From contig CAZWTE010000001.1 of assembly GCA_964637465.1 (NCBI GenBank), positions 1-57,328 on the forward strand: a DNA stretch of 57,328 bases, read 5' to 3'. Of this stretch, positions 16,391-25,913 are shown one piece after another. Made by a program: the position numbers and the translations under genes. Within the stretch, counting starts at the first letter, position 1; the number at the start of each line of letters is the position of its first letter. The notes beneath the pieces are model-generated. The model saw nothing but the letters and a program-made list of their open reading frames with translations, searched no databases and was not told the origin of the DNA. The stretch is from an uncultured Gammaproteobacteria bacterium (GTDB taxonomy: Bacteria; Patescibacteriota; Microgenomatia; Daviesbacterales; UBA10151).

Positions 16391-18024
16391 AAACAGATAT
16401 TTTTAGAAATTACTTAATTATTCTAATCTTAATAATTTTTTTTGGATTTCTATTAAGAGTTGTATTTATTAATAGTAGTCCGCCCGCTCTGTATGGTGAT
16501 GAACTGACGATTGCATTAGACGCTTACTCTTTACTTAAAACCGGACAGGATCAATTAGGCAATTTTTTGCCGCTGACTTTTCCAATGGGGGCAGGCCGGC
16601 CGGCGGGATATGTTTACGGATCAATACCATTTATAGCGCTTTTTGGCCCCACCGCCTTAGGAGTTAGGGGGCTGTCAATCCTTTCAGGCTTAGGGATTAT
16701 CATCCTGCTTTTTTTAATCGGAAGAAAACTTTTTTCCCGCAAGGTGGGTTTGCTGGCAGCGGCAATTGGGGCAATATCTCCTTGGGGTATCTCTCTTAGC
16801 AGGGGAGGGTTTGAAGCCCATTTTGCCCTGTTTCTTGCTCTATCAGGTATTTATCTGTTTATGCAAGCCAGGCAGAGACCGATGTTTTATATCTTTTCAG
16901 CCCTGAGCTTTGGATTAATACTGCATACTTATCCTACATATAAGATTAGTTTATTGTTATTTTTGCCTTTATTATTTTGGTATGAAAGCAGGATAAGAGA
17001 AGTTGCCAAGAGAAAACACTTTTTACTAGGAATCTTTGTATATTTAATTTTAGGAGTTACGGCTTTGAGCCAAACTTTTATAGGGGGTTCTGAAGTTAGG
17101 TTCTCTGATATAAATATTTTTTCTCAAGATAAGCTTAAGGTTGCAATAGAACAAAAAATAAATCTTGAAAGGCAGATTAGTAACTTGTCTCCGGCTGAGT
17201 CTAAATTCTTTCATAATAAGCCTGTTGAATACACAAAAGTATTTATTGAGAACTACCTGCAGAATTTCTCTTTGGACTTTTTAGTCTTGCACGGCGATAG
17301 AAATCCCCGGCATAACATGGCAACTATGGGAGGTTTGTATGCGGTCGAAATGTTATTGATAATAATAGGAGTTTTGGCTTTTTGGCAACAAAAAAAGAGA
17401 GTAGTTCTTTTCCTCCTGTTTTGGATATTATTGGCTCCAATCCCCACCGCTATTATTGATTTGCCGCATGCTTTAAGAAGTTCTTTTATGCTGCCCCCCT
17501 TGATAATTCTTTCAGGATTAGGGCTGTTAGCGGTATTAAATTATCCCAGCAAGGCAGTTTTGGCAGTAGTCTTATCAGCCTTTATTATTCAATTTGTATT
17601 TTTTATACAAAAATTATTTTTCTTATCCCCCAATGAATACAGTAGCTTTTGGTCTTATCCGGCAAAATTGGCTTCAGAAATTGCGGATTTGAATAAGGAT
17701 AAATATGATTACATAATTCTTTCAGACATAATTAATGATATTGAATTTGCTTATCCTCTGTATGCAAAAATAGATCCGAAAGAAGTAATTTCTCAAAACA
17801 AGCAGCGCTTTGATTTGATTAATTACCCGATGAAAAAATTCGGCAACGTTTTTATCGGTTTTATTAAAGAAGAAGAGCTGCCAAAAGTCATAAGCAATCT
17901 GCCGGGTTCTGTTTTATACCTGGGTACAAAATCAGCAAGCGGACAATTTGAAGATTACGAGATTATTGAGAGTCTGAATAAAGAGGCAGCGCTTATTTTA
18001 AAAAGAAAAAGAAAAGTTTTCTAA
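16387..18024 (+). CDS. GT-C-fold glycosyltransferase, PMT_2-like (outlying member of the WDE..GYNAYS..PHALR family)
   Basis: 545 aa. Carries PPALYGDELTIALDAYSLLKTGQDQLGNFLPLTF and, later, DLPHALRSSFMLPP. It shares an ATGA overlap with the upstream gene. Confidence 0.75.
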   Translation: MKTDIFRNYLIILILIIFFGFLLRVVFINSSPPALYGDELTIALDAYSLLKTGQDQLGNFLPLTFPMGAGRPAGYVYGSIPFIALFGPTALGVRGLSILSGLGIIILLFLIGRKLFSRKVGLLAAAIGAISPWGISLSRGGFEAHFALFLALSGIYLFMQARQRPMFYIFSALSFGLILHTYPTYKISLLLFLPLLFWYESRIREVAKRKHFLLGIFVYLILGVTALSQTFIGGSEVRFSDINIFSQDKLKVAIEQKINLERQISNLSPAESKFFHNKPVEYTKVFIENYLQNFSLDFLVLHGDRNPRHNMATMGGLYAVEMLLIIIGVLAFWQQKKRVVLFLLFWILLAPIPTAIIDLPHALRSSFMLPPLIILSGLGLLAVLNYPSKAVLAVVLSAFIIQFVFFIQKLFFLSPNEYSSFWSYPAKLASEIADLNKDKYDYIILSDIINDIEFAYPLYAKIDPKEVISQNKQRFDLINYPMKKFGNVFIGFIKEEELPKVISNLPGSVLYLGTKSASGQFEDYEIIESLNKEAALILKRKRKVF

Positions 18025-18029
18025 ATTTG

Positions 18030-20435
18030 CTAAAATCTTCGGATTTTGATTGTAAAGACAGAAATTAAAATTATTGATAACAGACTTGCCAGTGATATTT
18101 TCAAACCGGCATCAAATGATTTTGGCCAATATTTAAATACAACTTCGTGAGATCCGGCGGGGATTTTGATAGCCCTAAAGATCAGGTTGACAGGACTGAT
18201 ATCAGTTGGTTTGTCATCGATCGTTGCTTGCCAGCCAGTTTCATATTGGTCAGCCAGGATTAATACCTCATCATCTGCTGTGTCTGTTTTGACCTTAACT
18301 ATATTGGGAGAATAAAAAGTGGTTGTTACGCTTCCTTGACCGGAAACCGTAGAGATTTTTAGATCATTTGATAGCATGCCTGTTTCTTTAGGGTTAAAGC
18401 TTTTATCCTCCATAAATTTATCCCCAATTTCTTTAGTTGAGGCTTTGATAATTTTTTTTGCCAGGTAAGCCCGATCTTTTGCGTGAGGATTTTCTAAAAC
18501 AGCAGAGGATCTATCTTGAAAAACTACTTTTAGGTCAGTTTCCTTAAATTTGTAATTTAATAAATCGCCGGGGATCTGGCCATAACGGTCACGCAGGATA
18601 GCGATAAAATATTTAACATTTGCCGCGTCCAGATAAGGTGATTGGTAGCCGGAAGCAACCTCGGCATATCTGCCGGTTGTCCCAAAGCGGATGTCGCCTC
18701 CGTTTAAAAAATGCATGAATTTGGCGTATCTGCTAAGATAAATAGGATCATAACCCTCGATTGAATATAACTGATAAGCAGTCCAAGTATTGGGCGGTAA
18801 TACTTCAGCATATTCACGTCCTGTTCTGAACAATCCCTTTTGTTTCTGTAGGAACTCTAGCGAGGGGGTTTTGGGAAAAATTAAATTATTTGGGACAAAA
18901 GGATTAAATTTCAAAAAGTATCTGCCAAGATCCAAGATCATAAGAATAAGGAAAACAGAAAAAAATATTGTTAGTTTAGTTGAATGTTTTGATTTAATTC
19001 GGTTGATGATAAGCGAAAATAGCAATAAAATTGAAGTAAAAGCAAGCGGAACCAGACTATTTTTTGCGGCAATCAAAAAATTTCGTAGCGCATAGTCGTA
19101 ATTGTTTAAGTAGAATTTTAAATATTGCCCGTTTGGCGCCCAAGCAATAATTTCTCCAATATAGAAATATGTCAGAAGCGTGCCCCCGATTATACCAATG
19201 ATGGCAGCCCAGGACCAAAGTACAGTTTTACGCAAAAAGGGGAAATCGTGGTGTTTTAAGATATGATCGATTGCCAAGACAGAAATCATGCCGGTAGAAA
19301 AGAGCACGACAAAGAGCATCCTGCTGGCGTAAGAAGATGTCAGTAATGGAATCTTCAGATTATAGAAAGCTTGAGAAAGAGGGTTGTCAAATGCAGCAAT
19401 CAAACTAAACAAAAATAATAAAGAAAAGAAAAGTATATCCTTAGACCTGATTTTTATAACAGCATAGATTAATAATGGTAAAGAAAGTATGCCTAAAAAG
19501 CCGCTTGTTTCTGAATAATTAAGTGTGCCCCAGTAATTTCTTGTTACTGTATTACCAAAATAGTCCGGGATAAAGAATTTAAGTCCGTCCTTAATATTTA
19601 GTAAGCCAAAGTTAGCATCTTGAGTATAAGAATCTGCTTGTCTGATTGAATTGGATAACAGGTCAAAACTGGGTAGTAATTGCAATGCTGTTAAACCGAC
19701 AGATCCGAAAAACGCCAAAAACAAAATAGTAGTTTTTATGGTTTTGTTTTTGTTTCCCCAACAAAACCATAGACAATATGAAGATACAACAATAAAAGTA
19801 TAGGTGGTAATTTGGGCATTTCCAGCCAGAATGACCGCTGATAAAGAGAGAATCAGCAGAAATACAAACCTGAACTTTCTCTCTATGATAAATTTACTGA
19901 CTGCATATAAAGCAAGAGGCAACCAGGCTATTGCGTGACCGGCGGTGCCTAACTCTAACCAGGTAGCCATTAATCCTCCTAAGGAAAATATGACTGCACC
20001 AATCAGCCCTGCTAGTTTCGATCTGACAGATAAAGATGCGAATAAATAAAAAGTAAGTGCGGCAATGAGTGTTTGGGAATAAATATAAAGTCCCCAGCCC
20101 AAATACTTGGGAAGCAGCAGTAAGATATTTAATGGATAAAGAGTGGCAGAATGATAAGTGGCAAGTAGGGGTGTACCCATAAATGAATATGGATTCCACA
20201 ACGGCCACTGCCAATTTTTGAAGGATTCTAAGCTTAAGTATTTCCATAAAAAGAATTGCGAAAATACATCGGAAATCAACGGGTTTTGAACGGGGAATTT
20301 ATAATAGTCTAACCAGGGAGAGTAGCTGACGATTAGCAGATCGCCCGGAAAGGGGATTTTTCCAAAAAAAAATAATTTATAATAAATAGCACTGACAATG
20401 AGGGTTAGTAAGAAAAAGGGGAATAGTTTTTTCAC
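18030..20435 (-). CDS. YfhO-family polytopic membrane glycosyltransferase
   Basis: 801 aa with a GTG start. The N-terminus has FPGDLLIVSYSPWLDYYKFPVQNPLISDVFSQFFLW. The C-terminal module QYETGWQATIDDKPTDISPVNLIFRAIKIPAGSHEVVFKYWP plus a terminal TM helix is the architecture I associate with YfhO. Confidence 0.75.
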   Translation of the reverse strand: MKKLFPFFLLTLIVSAIYYKLFFFGKIPFPGDLLIVSYSPWLDYYKFPVQNPLISDVFSQFFLWKYLSLESFKNWQWPLWNPYSFMGTPLLATYHSATLYPLNILLLLPKYLGWGLYIYSQTLIAALTFYLFASLSVRSKLAGLIGAVIFSLGGLMATWLELGTAGHAIAWLPLALYAVSKFIIERKFRFVFLLILSLSAVILAGNAQITTYTFIVVSSYCLWFCWGNKNKTIKTTILFLAFFGSVGLTALQLLPSFDLLSNSIRQADSYTQDANFGLLNIKDGLKFFIPDYFGNTVTRNYWGTLNYSETSGFLGILSLPLLIYAVIKIRSKDILFFSLLFLFSLIAAFDNPLSQAFYNLKIPLLTSSYASRMLFVVLFSTGMISVLAIDHILKHHDFPFLRKTVLWSWAAIIGIIGGTLLTYFYIGEIIAWAPNGQYLKFYLNNYDYALRNFLIAAKNSLVPLAFTSILLLFSLIINRIKSKHSTKLTIFFSVFLILMILDLGRYFLKFNPFVPNNLIFPKTPSLEFLQKQKGLFRTGREYAEVLPPNTWTAYQLYSIEGYDPIYLSRYAKFMHFLNGGDIRFGTTGRYAEVASGYQSPYLDAANVKYFIAILRDRYGQIPGDLLNYKFKETDLKVVFQDRSSAVLENPHAKDRAYLAKKIIKASTKEIGDKFMEDKSFNPKETGMLSNDLKISTVSGQGSVTTTFYSPNIVKVKTDTADDEVLILADQYETGWQATIDDKPTDISPVNLIFRAIKIPAGSHEVVFKYWPKSFDAGLKISLASLLSIILISVFTIKIRRF

Positions 20436-20442
20436 AATTTCC

Positions 20443-20448
20443 AGTATA
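20443..20448 (-). promoter_or_regulatory. Candidate -10 (TATACT on minus strand), 7 nt from the GTG start at 20435
   Basis: The reverse complement of agtata is TATACT. Seven nt separate it from the start codon, and there is no Shine-Dalgarno motif. Confidence 0.3.
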
Positions 20449-20484
20449 CCCTCTTTCCCATTTTACTTAAACCCGCTTAATTGG

Positions 20485-20490
20485 TAACAT
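20485..20490 (+). promoter_or_regulatory. Candidate extended -10 (TGGTAACAT, 20482-20490), 7 nt from the ATG at 20498
   Basis: It has the same AATTGGTA..AT.TTAA context as the element at 2131-2139. No Shine-Dalgarno motif is present. It lies upstream of the 22.8-kb operon. Confidence 0.3.
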
Positions 20491-20497
20491 TTAATCT

Positions 20498-21397
20498 ATG
20501 GCTGCAAAAATATCCGTGGTGGTAAATACCTTGAATGAAGAAAAAAGTATAGAGCGTGCCTTAAAGTCTGTATCATGGGCAGATGAGATTGTAGTTTGTG
20601 ATATGCATTCAGAGGATCAAACTATTGAAATAGCAAAGAAATTTGGTGCAAAAGTATTTTGCCATCAAAGAGAAGATTACGTGGAGCCGGCCAGGAATTT
20701 TGCTTTATCAAAAGCCTCCGGAGACTGGATTTTAGTCCTTGATCCTGATGAAGAGGTTCCGGAAAGCCTGGTCAGAAGGTTACAGGAAATTGCCGGCAGT
20801 ATTAAGCAAATAAATTATGTCAGGTTACCCAGGAAGAATTTAATCTTCGGCCATTTTATGAAAGCTGCAAATTGGTGGCCGGATTATAATATCAGGTTTT
20901 TCAAAAAAGGAGGAGTTAAGTGGACAGATCAAATCCATCGGCCTCCCGAGGTTATAGGAGAAGGAATAGATTTACCTGCTGATGAAAAATGGGCGATTAC
21001 GCATAATCACTATAATTCTGTGACGCAATTTTTAGAAAGAATGATCAGATATACCAAAGTGCAGGCAGAAGAGTTAAAAGAGGCAGGATATAAATTTAAC
21101 TGGCAGGATTTAATTAAAAAACCCTTAAGTGAATTCTTAAGCAGGTTTTTTGCTAATAGAGGGTTTGAAGACGGTTTACATGGTTTAGTCCTAAGTTTAC
21201 TGCAGGCTTTTTCTTTTGTGGTGGTTTACCTGCGGGTTTGGGAAATGGAAGGATTTAAATCTCAAGCAGTAAATTTGCCGGATCTTAAACAACTAAGTAA
21301 GCATTCCGGGATTGAGATAGATTATTGGTTTAAGTATGCCAATTTATCTAAAAATAACTTTAAGAGATTTCTCCAGAAATTAAAGGACAAATTTTAA
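20498..21397 (+). CDS. GT2 glycosyltransferase (KdtX/WaaE-like subclass)
   Basis: 299 aa. Carries VVVNTLNEEKSIERAL...WADEIVVCDMHSEDQT, the DxD motif DPDEEV, and the C-terminal helix GFEDGLHGLVLSLLQAFSFVVVYLRVWE that is shared with 21399 and 33802. Confidence 0.75.
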   Translation: MAAKISVVVNTLNEEKSIERALKSVSWADEIVVCDMHSEDQTIEIAKKFGAKVFCHQREDYVEPARNFALSKASGDWILVLDPDEEVPESLVRRLQEIAGSIKQINYVRLPRKNLIFGHFMKAANWWPDYNIRFFKKGGVKWTDQIHRPPEVIGEGIDLPADEKWAITHNHYNSVTQFLERMIRYTKVQAEELKEAGYKFNWQDLIKKPLSEFLSRFFANRGFEDGLHGLVLSLLQAFSFVVVYLRVWEMEGFKSQAVNLPDLKQLSKHSGIEIDYWFKYANLSKNNFKRFLQKLKDKF

Positions 21398-21398
21398 T

Positions 21399-22202
21399 AT
21401 GTTAAGTATAATTGTATTAACAAAAGATGAGGAAGAGAGAATTACAGCTTGCTTGGAGTCTATTAAATGGGCAGATGAAATTATTGTTTTAGATAGCGGT
21501 TCCACGGACAACACGCTTAAAATAGCAAAAAGCTATACGGACAAAATTTTTCAAGTTGATTTGCCGGATTTTTCCGCAATAAGAAATTTTGCTATGGAAA
21601 AGGCCGAGGGGGACTGGGTTCTTTTTGTGGACGCGGACGAGCGGGTACTCAAGCCGCTCAAAGAAGAAATTGAGATAATGATTAGTTTTGCGGATTTTTC
21701 CGCATATGCACTCTCCAGAAAGAATATAATTTTTGGGACTGAAGTCACGTACGGTCCGTTTCGGCCAGATTGGGTTATCCGGCTGTTGAGAAAAAGTGAT
21801 TTTGAGGGCTGGGTTGGCAAAGTGCATGAGTATCCAAAATTCAAAGGCAAATTAGGATACAGCAAAAATTCACTGCTTCATTTAACGCACCGGAATATTG
21901 ACCAGATTGTTCTAAAAAGTTTGGCATGGTCAAAAATTGATGCGAACCTAAGATTAAACGCCAATCACCCGAAAATGTCAGACTGGCGTTTTTTAAGGAT
22001 TTTCATTACTGAAGTTTTTAATCAGGGAGTTTTAAGGAAGGGGTTTTTTAACGGAACAATAGGGGTGATGGATTGTCTTCTGCAAGCTTTTAGTCTGTAT
22101 ATGACTTATGTAAGGTTGTGGGAACTTCAGCAATCTAAGCCCCGGGATAAAATTTATGAAGAGATTGATGAAAACTTGATAAAAAATAAATTCAATTATT
22201 AA
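21399..22202 (+). CDS. GT2 glycosyltransferase (KdtX/WaaE-like subclass), tandem with 20498
   Basis: 267 aa. Carries IIVLTKDEEERI...WADEIIVLDSGSTDNT, DADERV, and GFFNGTIGVMDCLLQAFSLYMTYVRLWE. Confidence 0.75.
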   Translation: MLSIIVLTKDEEERITACLESIKWADEIIVLDSGSTDNTLKIAKSYTDKIFQVDLPDFSAIRNFAMEKAEGDWVLFVDADERVLKPLKEEIEIMISFADFSAYALSRKNIIFGTEVTYGPFRPDWVIRLLRKSDFEGWVGKVHEYPKFKGKLGYSKNSLLHLTHRNIDQIVLKSLAWSKIDANLRLNANHPKMSDWRFLRIFITEVFNQGVLRKGFFNGTIGVMDCLLQAFSLYMTYVRLWELQQSKPRDKIYEEIDENLIKNKFNY

Positions 22203-23285
22203 TTGATTATGAAAGTCGCCATTTATTCCCCTTACCTTGATAGTTTTGGCGGTGGTGAGAGATATATGATGACAATTGCAGAAGCTTTTTCTTTAGGAAA
22301 CCCGGTAGATGTATTTTTGGATCAACATCTAACAAGCTTAGGAGGGGAAATTTTAAAAAATGAATTAGCAAAAAGGTTTGATTTAAACCTAAATCAGGTA
22401 AATTTTATAACCGCCCCATTTGGTAAGAGCTCATCTTCGGTCTCCAGAGTATTTTGTCTTCAAAATTATGACCTGCTTTTTTATCTGACTGACGGAAGTA
22501 TTTTTTATCCAACAGCCAAGAAAAATATTTTACATATCCAATCTCCCCTTATCGGCCAGCCTGCCAAAAGTCTTTGGGGCAAATTAAAGCTCAGAGGATG
22601 GAGTTTAATTATTTACAATTCAAAGTTTACTAAAGATCATTCCCAAAAGAATTGGCCTATTCAGTCTGAAATTATTTACCCGCCGGTTGATGTAATAAAG
22701 ATTAAACCTTTGAGAAAGAAAAAATATATATTATCAGTAGGCCGTTTTTTTGGTTACCTAAAGGACAAGAAACACAGAGTTTTAATAAAAGTTTTCAAAG
22801 AGCTTCTTCAAACAGCCGGTATTAATGATTGGAGTTTACATTTGGTGGGATCTGCCGGCAGCGGGGATACAGATTATTTACGGCAGTTGCAGGATGCGGC
22901 AGAAGGGGCTCCGGTAAAATTTTATCCGAATTTAGAATATGATAAACTGGTTGAGCTTTACGGGCAGTCGTGTATTTATTGGCATGCATCGGGGTTTGGT
23001 GAAGATGATCCGACAAAAATGGAACATTTCGGTATCTCTACTGTTGAAGCGATGGCCGGAGGCTGTGTGCCGGTGGTTATTGGTAAAGGAGGACAGAGAG
23101 AAATTGTAGAATCGGGAAAGTCAGGGTACTTGTGGGATACGCTGGAGGAACTCAAGGAATTTACTTTGCAGTTAACAAAAGATGTGAGCTTAAGGGAAAG
23201 AATAGCTGCAGAGGCTTTAGAGAAAGCAAAGGAATTTAGTAAAGAAAATTTTACAAATAAAATTCTTAACATAACTAAAATATGA
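22203..23285 (+). CDS. GT4 (Glycos_transf_1) glycosyltransferase
   Basis: 360-aa ORF. The TTG at 22203 is the ORF-track start, but ATG 22209 (MKVAIYSPY) is the more likely start. The C-terminal half carries the EX7E-type region EHFGISTVEAMAGGCVPVV..GGQREIV. Confidence 0.75.
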   Translation: MIMKVAIYSPYLDSFGGGERYMMTIAEAFSLGNPVDVFLDQHLTSLGGEILKNELAKRFDLNLNQVNFITAPFGKSSSSVSRVFCLQNYDLLFYLTDGSIFYPTAKKNILHIQSPLIGQPAKSLWGKLKLRGWSLIIYNSKFTKDHSQKNWPIQSEIIYPPVDVIKIKPLRKKKYILSVGRFFGYLKDKKHRVLIKVFKELLQTAGINDWSLHLVGSAGSGDTDYLRQLQDAAEGAPVKFYPNLEYDKLVELYGQSCIYWHASGFGEDDPTKMEHFGISTVEAMAGGCVPVVIGKGGQREIVESGKSGYLWDTLEELKEFTLQLTKDVSLRERIAAEALEKAKEFSKENFTNKILNITKI

Positions 23286-24421
23286 GAAAGACTTTTTGGA
23301 TCACTATCATTTTAGGAATAGTTGTGCGGATAGTATTATCCCTGGTTACATCCCATTCCGACATGCAGGCTTTTGATTTAGCCGGTAAGCTGGTAGCATC
23401 AGGAAACATCTTAAACCTTTATGATTTTAGCTCAAGCTCGGCAGTATTGAATTACCCCCCGGCAATATATATTTTCCATGGAATATTCAGCTTTTTGTTT
23501 AAACTTTCAGGTTTGTCTTCCGTCAGTCAATTGGATTTGTTGCTTTTAAAATTGCCGTATCTTATTTTTGATTTATTAATAGGATTTATTCTTTTGAAAT
23601 TGTTTGATTTTTCCAAAAAGGGGCAGTTGGCATTTATATTATGGATATTTAATCCGATTAATCTTTATGCTACCTATATGATGGGTCAATTTGATATTAT
23701 TCCTACCTTTTTTATTATTTTGGCAACCTTCTTTGTTGTTAAGAATAAATTAGAATGGGCGGCCTTGGCTTTAGGCGGAGGAATAGCCTTTAAATTATCC
23801 CCCGTATTTTTAGTAGTTCCGCTAATGATTTTTGGCAAAAATTACATGGATAGGTTTAAATTGCTTGTTTTGGCAATACTACCATATTTACTTTCAATCG
23901 CTCCGTACCTTTTTTCCCCCGGCTTTAGGACAACCGCTCTTTTTGCCAACCAAAGCTCGAAAAGCTTTTATGCCGGTATTCCCGTTTCCGGCGGGGAGTC
24001 AATCATTTTATTTCCGGCTTTTTTGTTGCTTTTCTACATTATTATATGGGGTATGTCCGGTAAGATTGATATTGGTAAATTATTCTTAATTCCATTATTG
24101 TTGTTTTTCATTTTTACCCATTATCATCCCCAATGGCTTATTTGGATAACTCCCCTATTAATTTTGGATTTAGTTAATACCGGATTTAAAAACATTCTGC
24201 CGGTTACCCTGATTTTTATTAGCTGGTTTGCTTCGCTTTTCTTTTTCGACCCCTCGCTTACTGTGGGGATATTCTCTCCTTTACAAACCTTTCCCGGTAT
24301 CTGGTCTATTTTAAATATTAACCCTGATTACAATTTATCCCGAAGTATTCTGCAAACAATCTTTACATCAGCTGCGCTTTATTTAATTTATAAAAATTCT
24401 CCCAGGAAAATTCATGCTTAA
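23282..24421 (+). CDS. Polytopic membrane protein, GT87/DUF2029-like mannosyltransferase-type GT-C
   Basis: 379 aa with about 10 TM helices. The first loop reads HSDMQAFDLAGKLVASGNILNLYDF...NYPPAIYIF. It shares an ATGA overlap with the GT4 gene. Confidence 0.55.
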   Translation: MRKTFWITIILGIVVRIVLSLVTSHSDMQAFDLAGKLVASGNILNLYDFSSSSAVLNYPPAIYIFHGIFSFLFKLSGLSSVSQLDLLLLKLPYLIFDLLIGFILLKLFDFSKKGQLAFILWIFNPINLYATYMMGQFDIIPTFFIILATFFVVKNKLEWAALALGGGIAFKLSPVFLVVPLMIFGKNYMDRFKLLVLAILPYLLSIAPYLFSPGFRTTALFANQSSKSFYAGIPVSGGESIILFPAFLLLFYIIIWGMSGKIDIGKLFLIPLLLFFIFTHYHPQWLIWITPLLILDLVNTGFKNILPVTLIFISWFASLFFFDPSLTVGIFSPLQTFPGIWSILNINPDYNLSRSILQTIFTSAALYLIYKNSPRKIHA

Positions 24422-25913
24422 TACTCAAAAAGTGCATGTAATTATTGTTATTTCCCTCTTTTTTATTTTTGGGTGGCTCTTATTTACATATAGAATTGTG
24501 GATGTACCTCCCGGCATAAATGGGGATGAAGCGGTGATAGGCTATAACGCTGCGCTGATTGCTAAAAATGGTAACGATTCAAACGGCAGGTTTTTACCGT
24601 TATTTACAGCAATGGAAGGATCGAACGACTGGAAACAGCCGGTGACTCTTTATTCAGCGGTCTTAGCATTTAAAATCTTTGGAGTCTCTTATTTTACTTT
24701 GAGAGCAGTTGGTGTCTTTTTTGCTTTGTTTTCCGGTGCGGTAATTTTTTTCTTAATCCGTGAACTTGTTGGATTGAAAGCTGCAATTTTTGGGGTACTT
24801 CTCTTTGTGACAACACCAATAATAATGATTCAGTCTCATTTGGCTCTGGAAAATATTGCCCCTGTTCCATTTATTGCTTTTTGGCTTTGGATGATTGTTA
24901 AATATAGTAAAAAAGCAAAAACCAGATATCTGGTTTTTGCGGGAATTAGCTTAGGTTTAAGTCTTTACTCTTATCTTGGATTAAGGTTAATTATGCCGCC
25001 CCTTGCAGCTGCAACTGTTGTACTTGTTTGCTGTCTTGGTAGGAGATTGTCTCAGGTAGTTATTCACAGAGTACTGATTTTTATTCTGGTAAGTATTCCC
25101 TTTCTGGTAATTTTCCTAATGATAAAAAATCAGTATCCGGGTTCTTTCCTTGGTCAATACAGGCCTTACCAAATAGCTTCATACCAACAACTTGCTTTAC
25201 CTTATATCTCTTCTTTTGACCCTTCCTTCTTATTTCTAAAAGGTGATGCCACACCATATCATTCCACAGGTAAACAGGGTATGTTTCTTCTGGCAAGCCT
25301 GCCTTTGTTTGTTTTGGGTATAGTGAAAATATTACAGGGAAAAAAACTAGCTCCGGTTTTTATATTAATTACTTTTTTCTTAATACCTGTTTTATATGGT
25401 TTTGCTTCAGATATTCATCGCGGAAGCAGGTTATTAAGTTTGATTCCGTCTTATATTGTTATTTGCTCTTTTGGAATAATGGTTTTGATTAAAATGAGAA
25501 ATAAATTATGTCGTTTTCTTCTTATATCACTCATGTTTTTTTTGATTATCATTAATTTTACCGATTTTTTGAACGATTATTGGTATGAGTATCCTAAAAG
25601 AGTTAAATCTGAATTTTCAAAGCCATATCAGGTAGTTTTCGAAGAGGCTTTCAATCTAAGTAAAACAAACAATCTTAATCTATTTATTCAAAGTGATTTT
25701 CGTATGCAGAACCCTTTGGCAGAGAAATTTTTTGAACAAGTATATTTTCCAGACGGATTAAAGCTTTGGAAAGATGAACATCTTCTTCCTCAAAACAGTG
25801 TTGTGATTGTGTCAGATTATATTCTTTCCCAAAAAAAGGATGTAAATTATAAAACAATGGGTGATGGTGACTTTGGCATCTTAATAAACCTGGATAAGAA
25901 TGGAAATAAATAA
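24414..25913 (+). CDS. PMT_2-like GT-C glycosyltransferase, array copy 1
   Basis: 499 aa. Carries PPGINGDEAVIGYNAALIAKNGNDSNGRFLPLF and, later, SDIHRGSRLLSLIP. It overlaps the upstream gene by 8 nt. Confidence 0.75.
   Translation: MLNTQKVHVIIVISLFFIFGWLLFTYRIVDVPPGINGDEAVIGYNAALIAKNGNDSNGRFLPLFTAMEGSNDWKQPVTLYSAVLAFKIFGVSYFTLRAVGVFFALFSGAVIFFLIRELVGLKAAIFGVLLFVTTPIIMIQSHLALENIAPVPFIAFWLWMIVKYSKKAKTRYLVFAGISLGLSLYSYLGLRLIMPPLAAATVVLVCCLGRRLSQVVIHRVLIFILVSIPFLVIFLMIKNQYPGSFLGQYRPYQIASYQQLALPYISSFDPSFLFLKGDATPYHSTGKQGMFLLASLPLFVLGIVKILQGKKLAPVFILITFFLIPVLYGFASDIHRGSRLLSLIPSYIVICSFGIMVLIKMRNKLCRFLLISLMFFLIIINFTDFLNDYWYEYPKRVKSEFSKPYQVVFEEAFNLSKTNNLNLFIQSDFRMQNPLAEKFFEQVYFPDGLKLWKDEHLLPQNSVVIVSDYILSQKKDVNYKTMGDGDFGILINLDKNGNK

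Noticed and set aside
20364-20372. Shorter homopolymers (A9 at 20364-20372, and the K-rich MKKKK starts at 39979 and 45405) as contingency tracts
   Set aside because: Runs of 8-9 nt are common in DNA this AT-rich, and they encode ordinary Phe/Lys stretches. Only the 16-nt tract at 47050 stands out.
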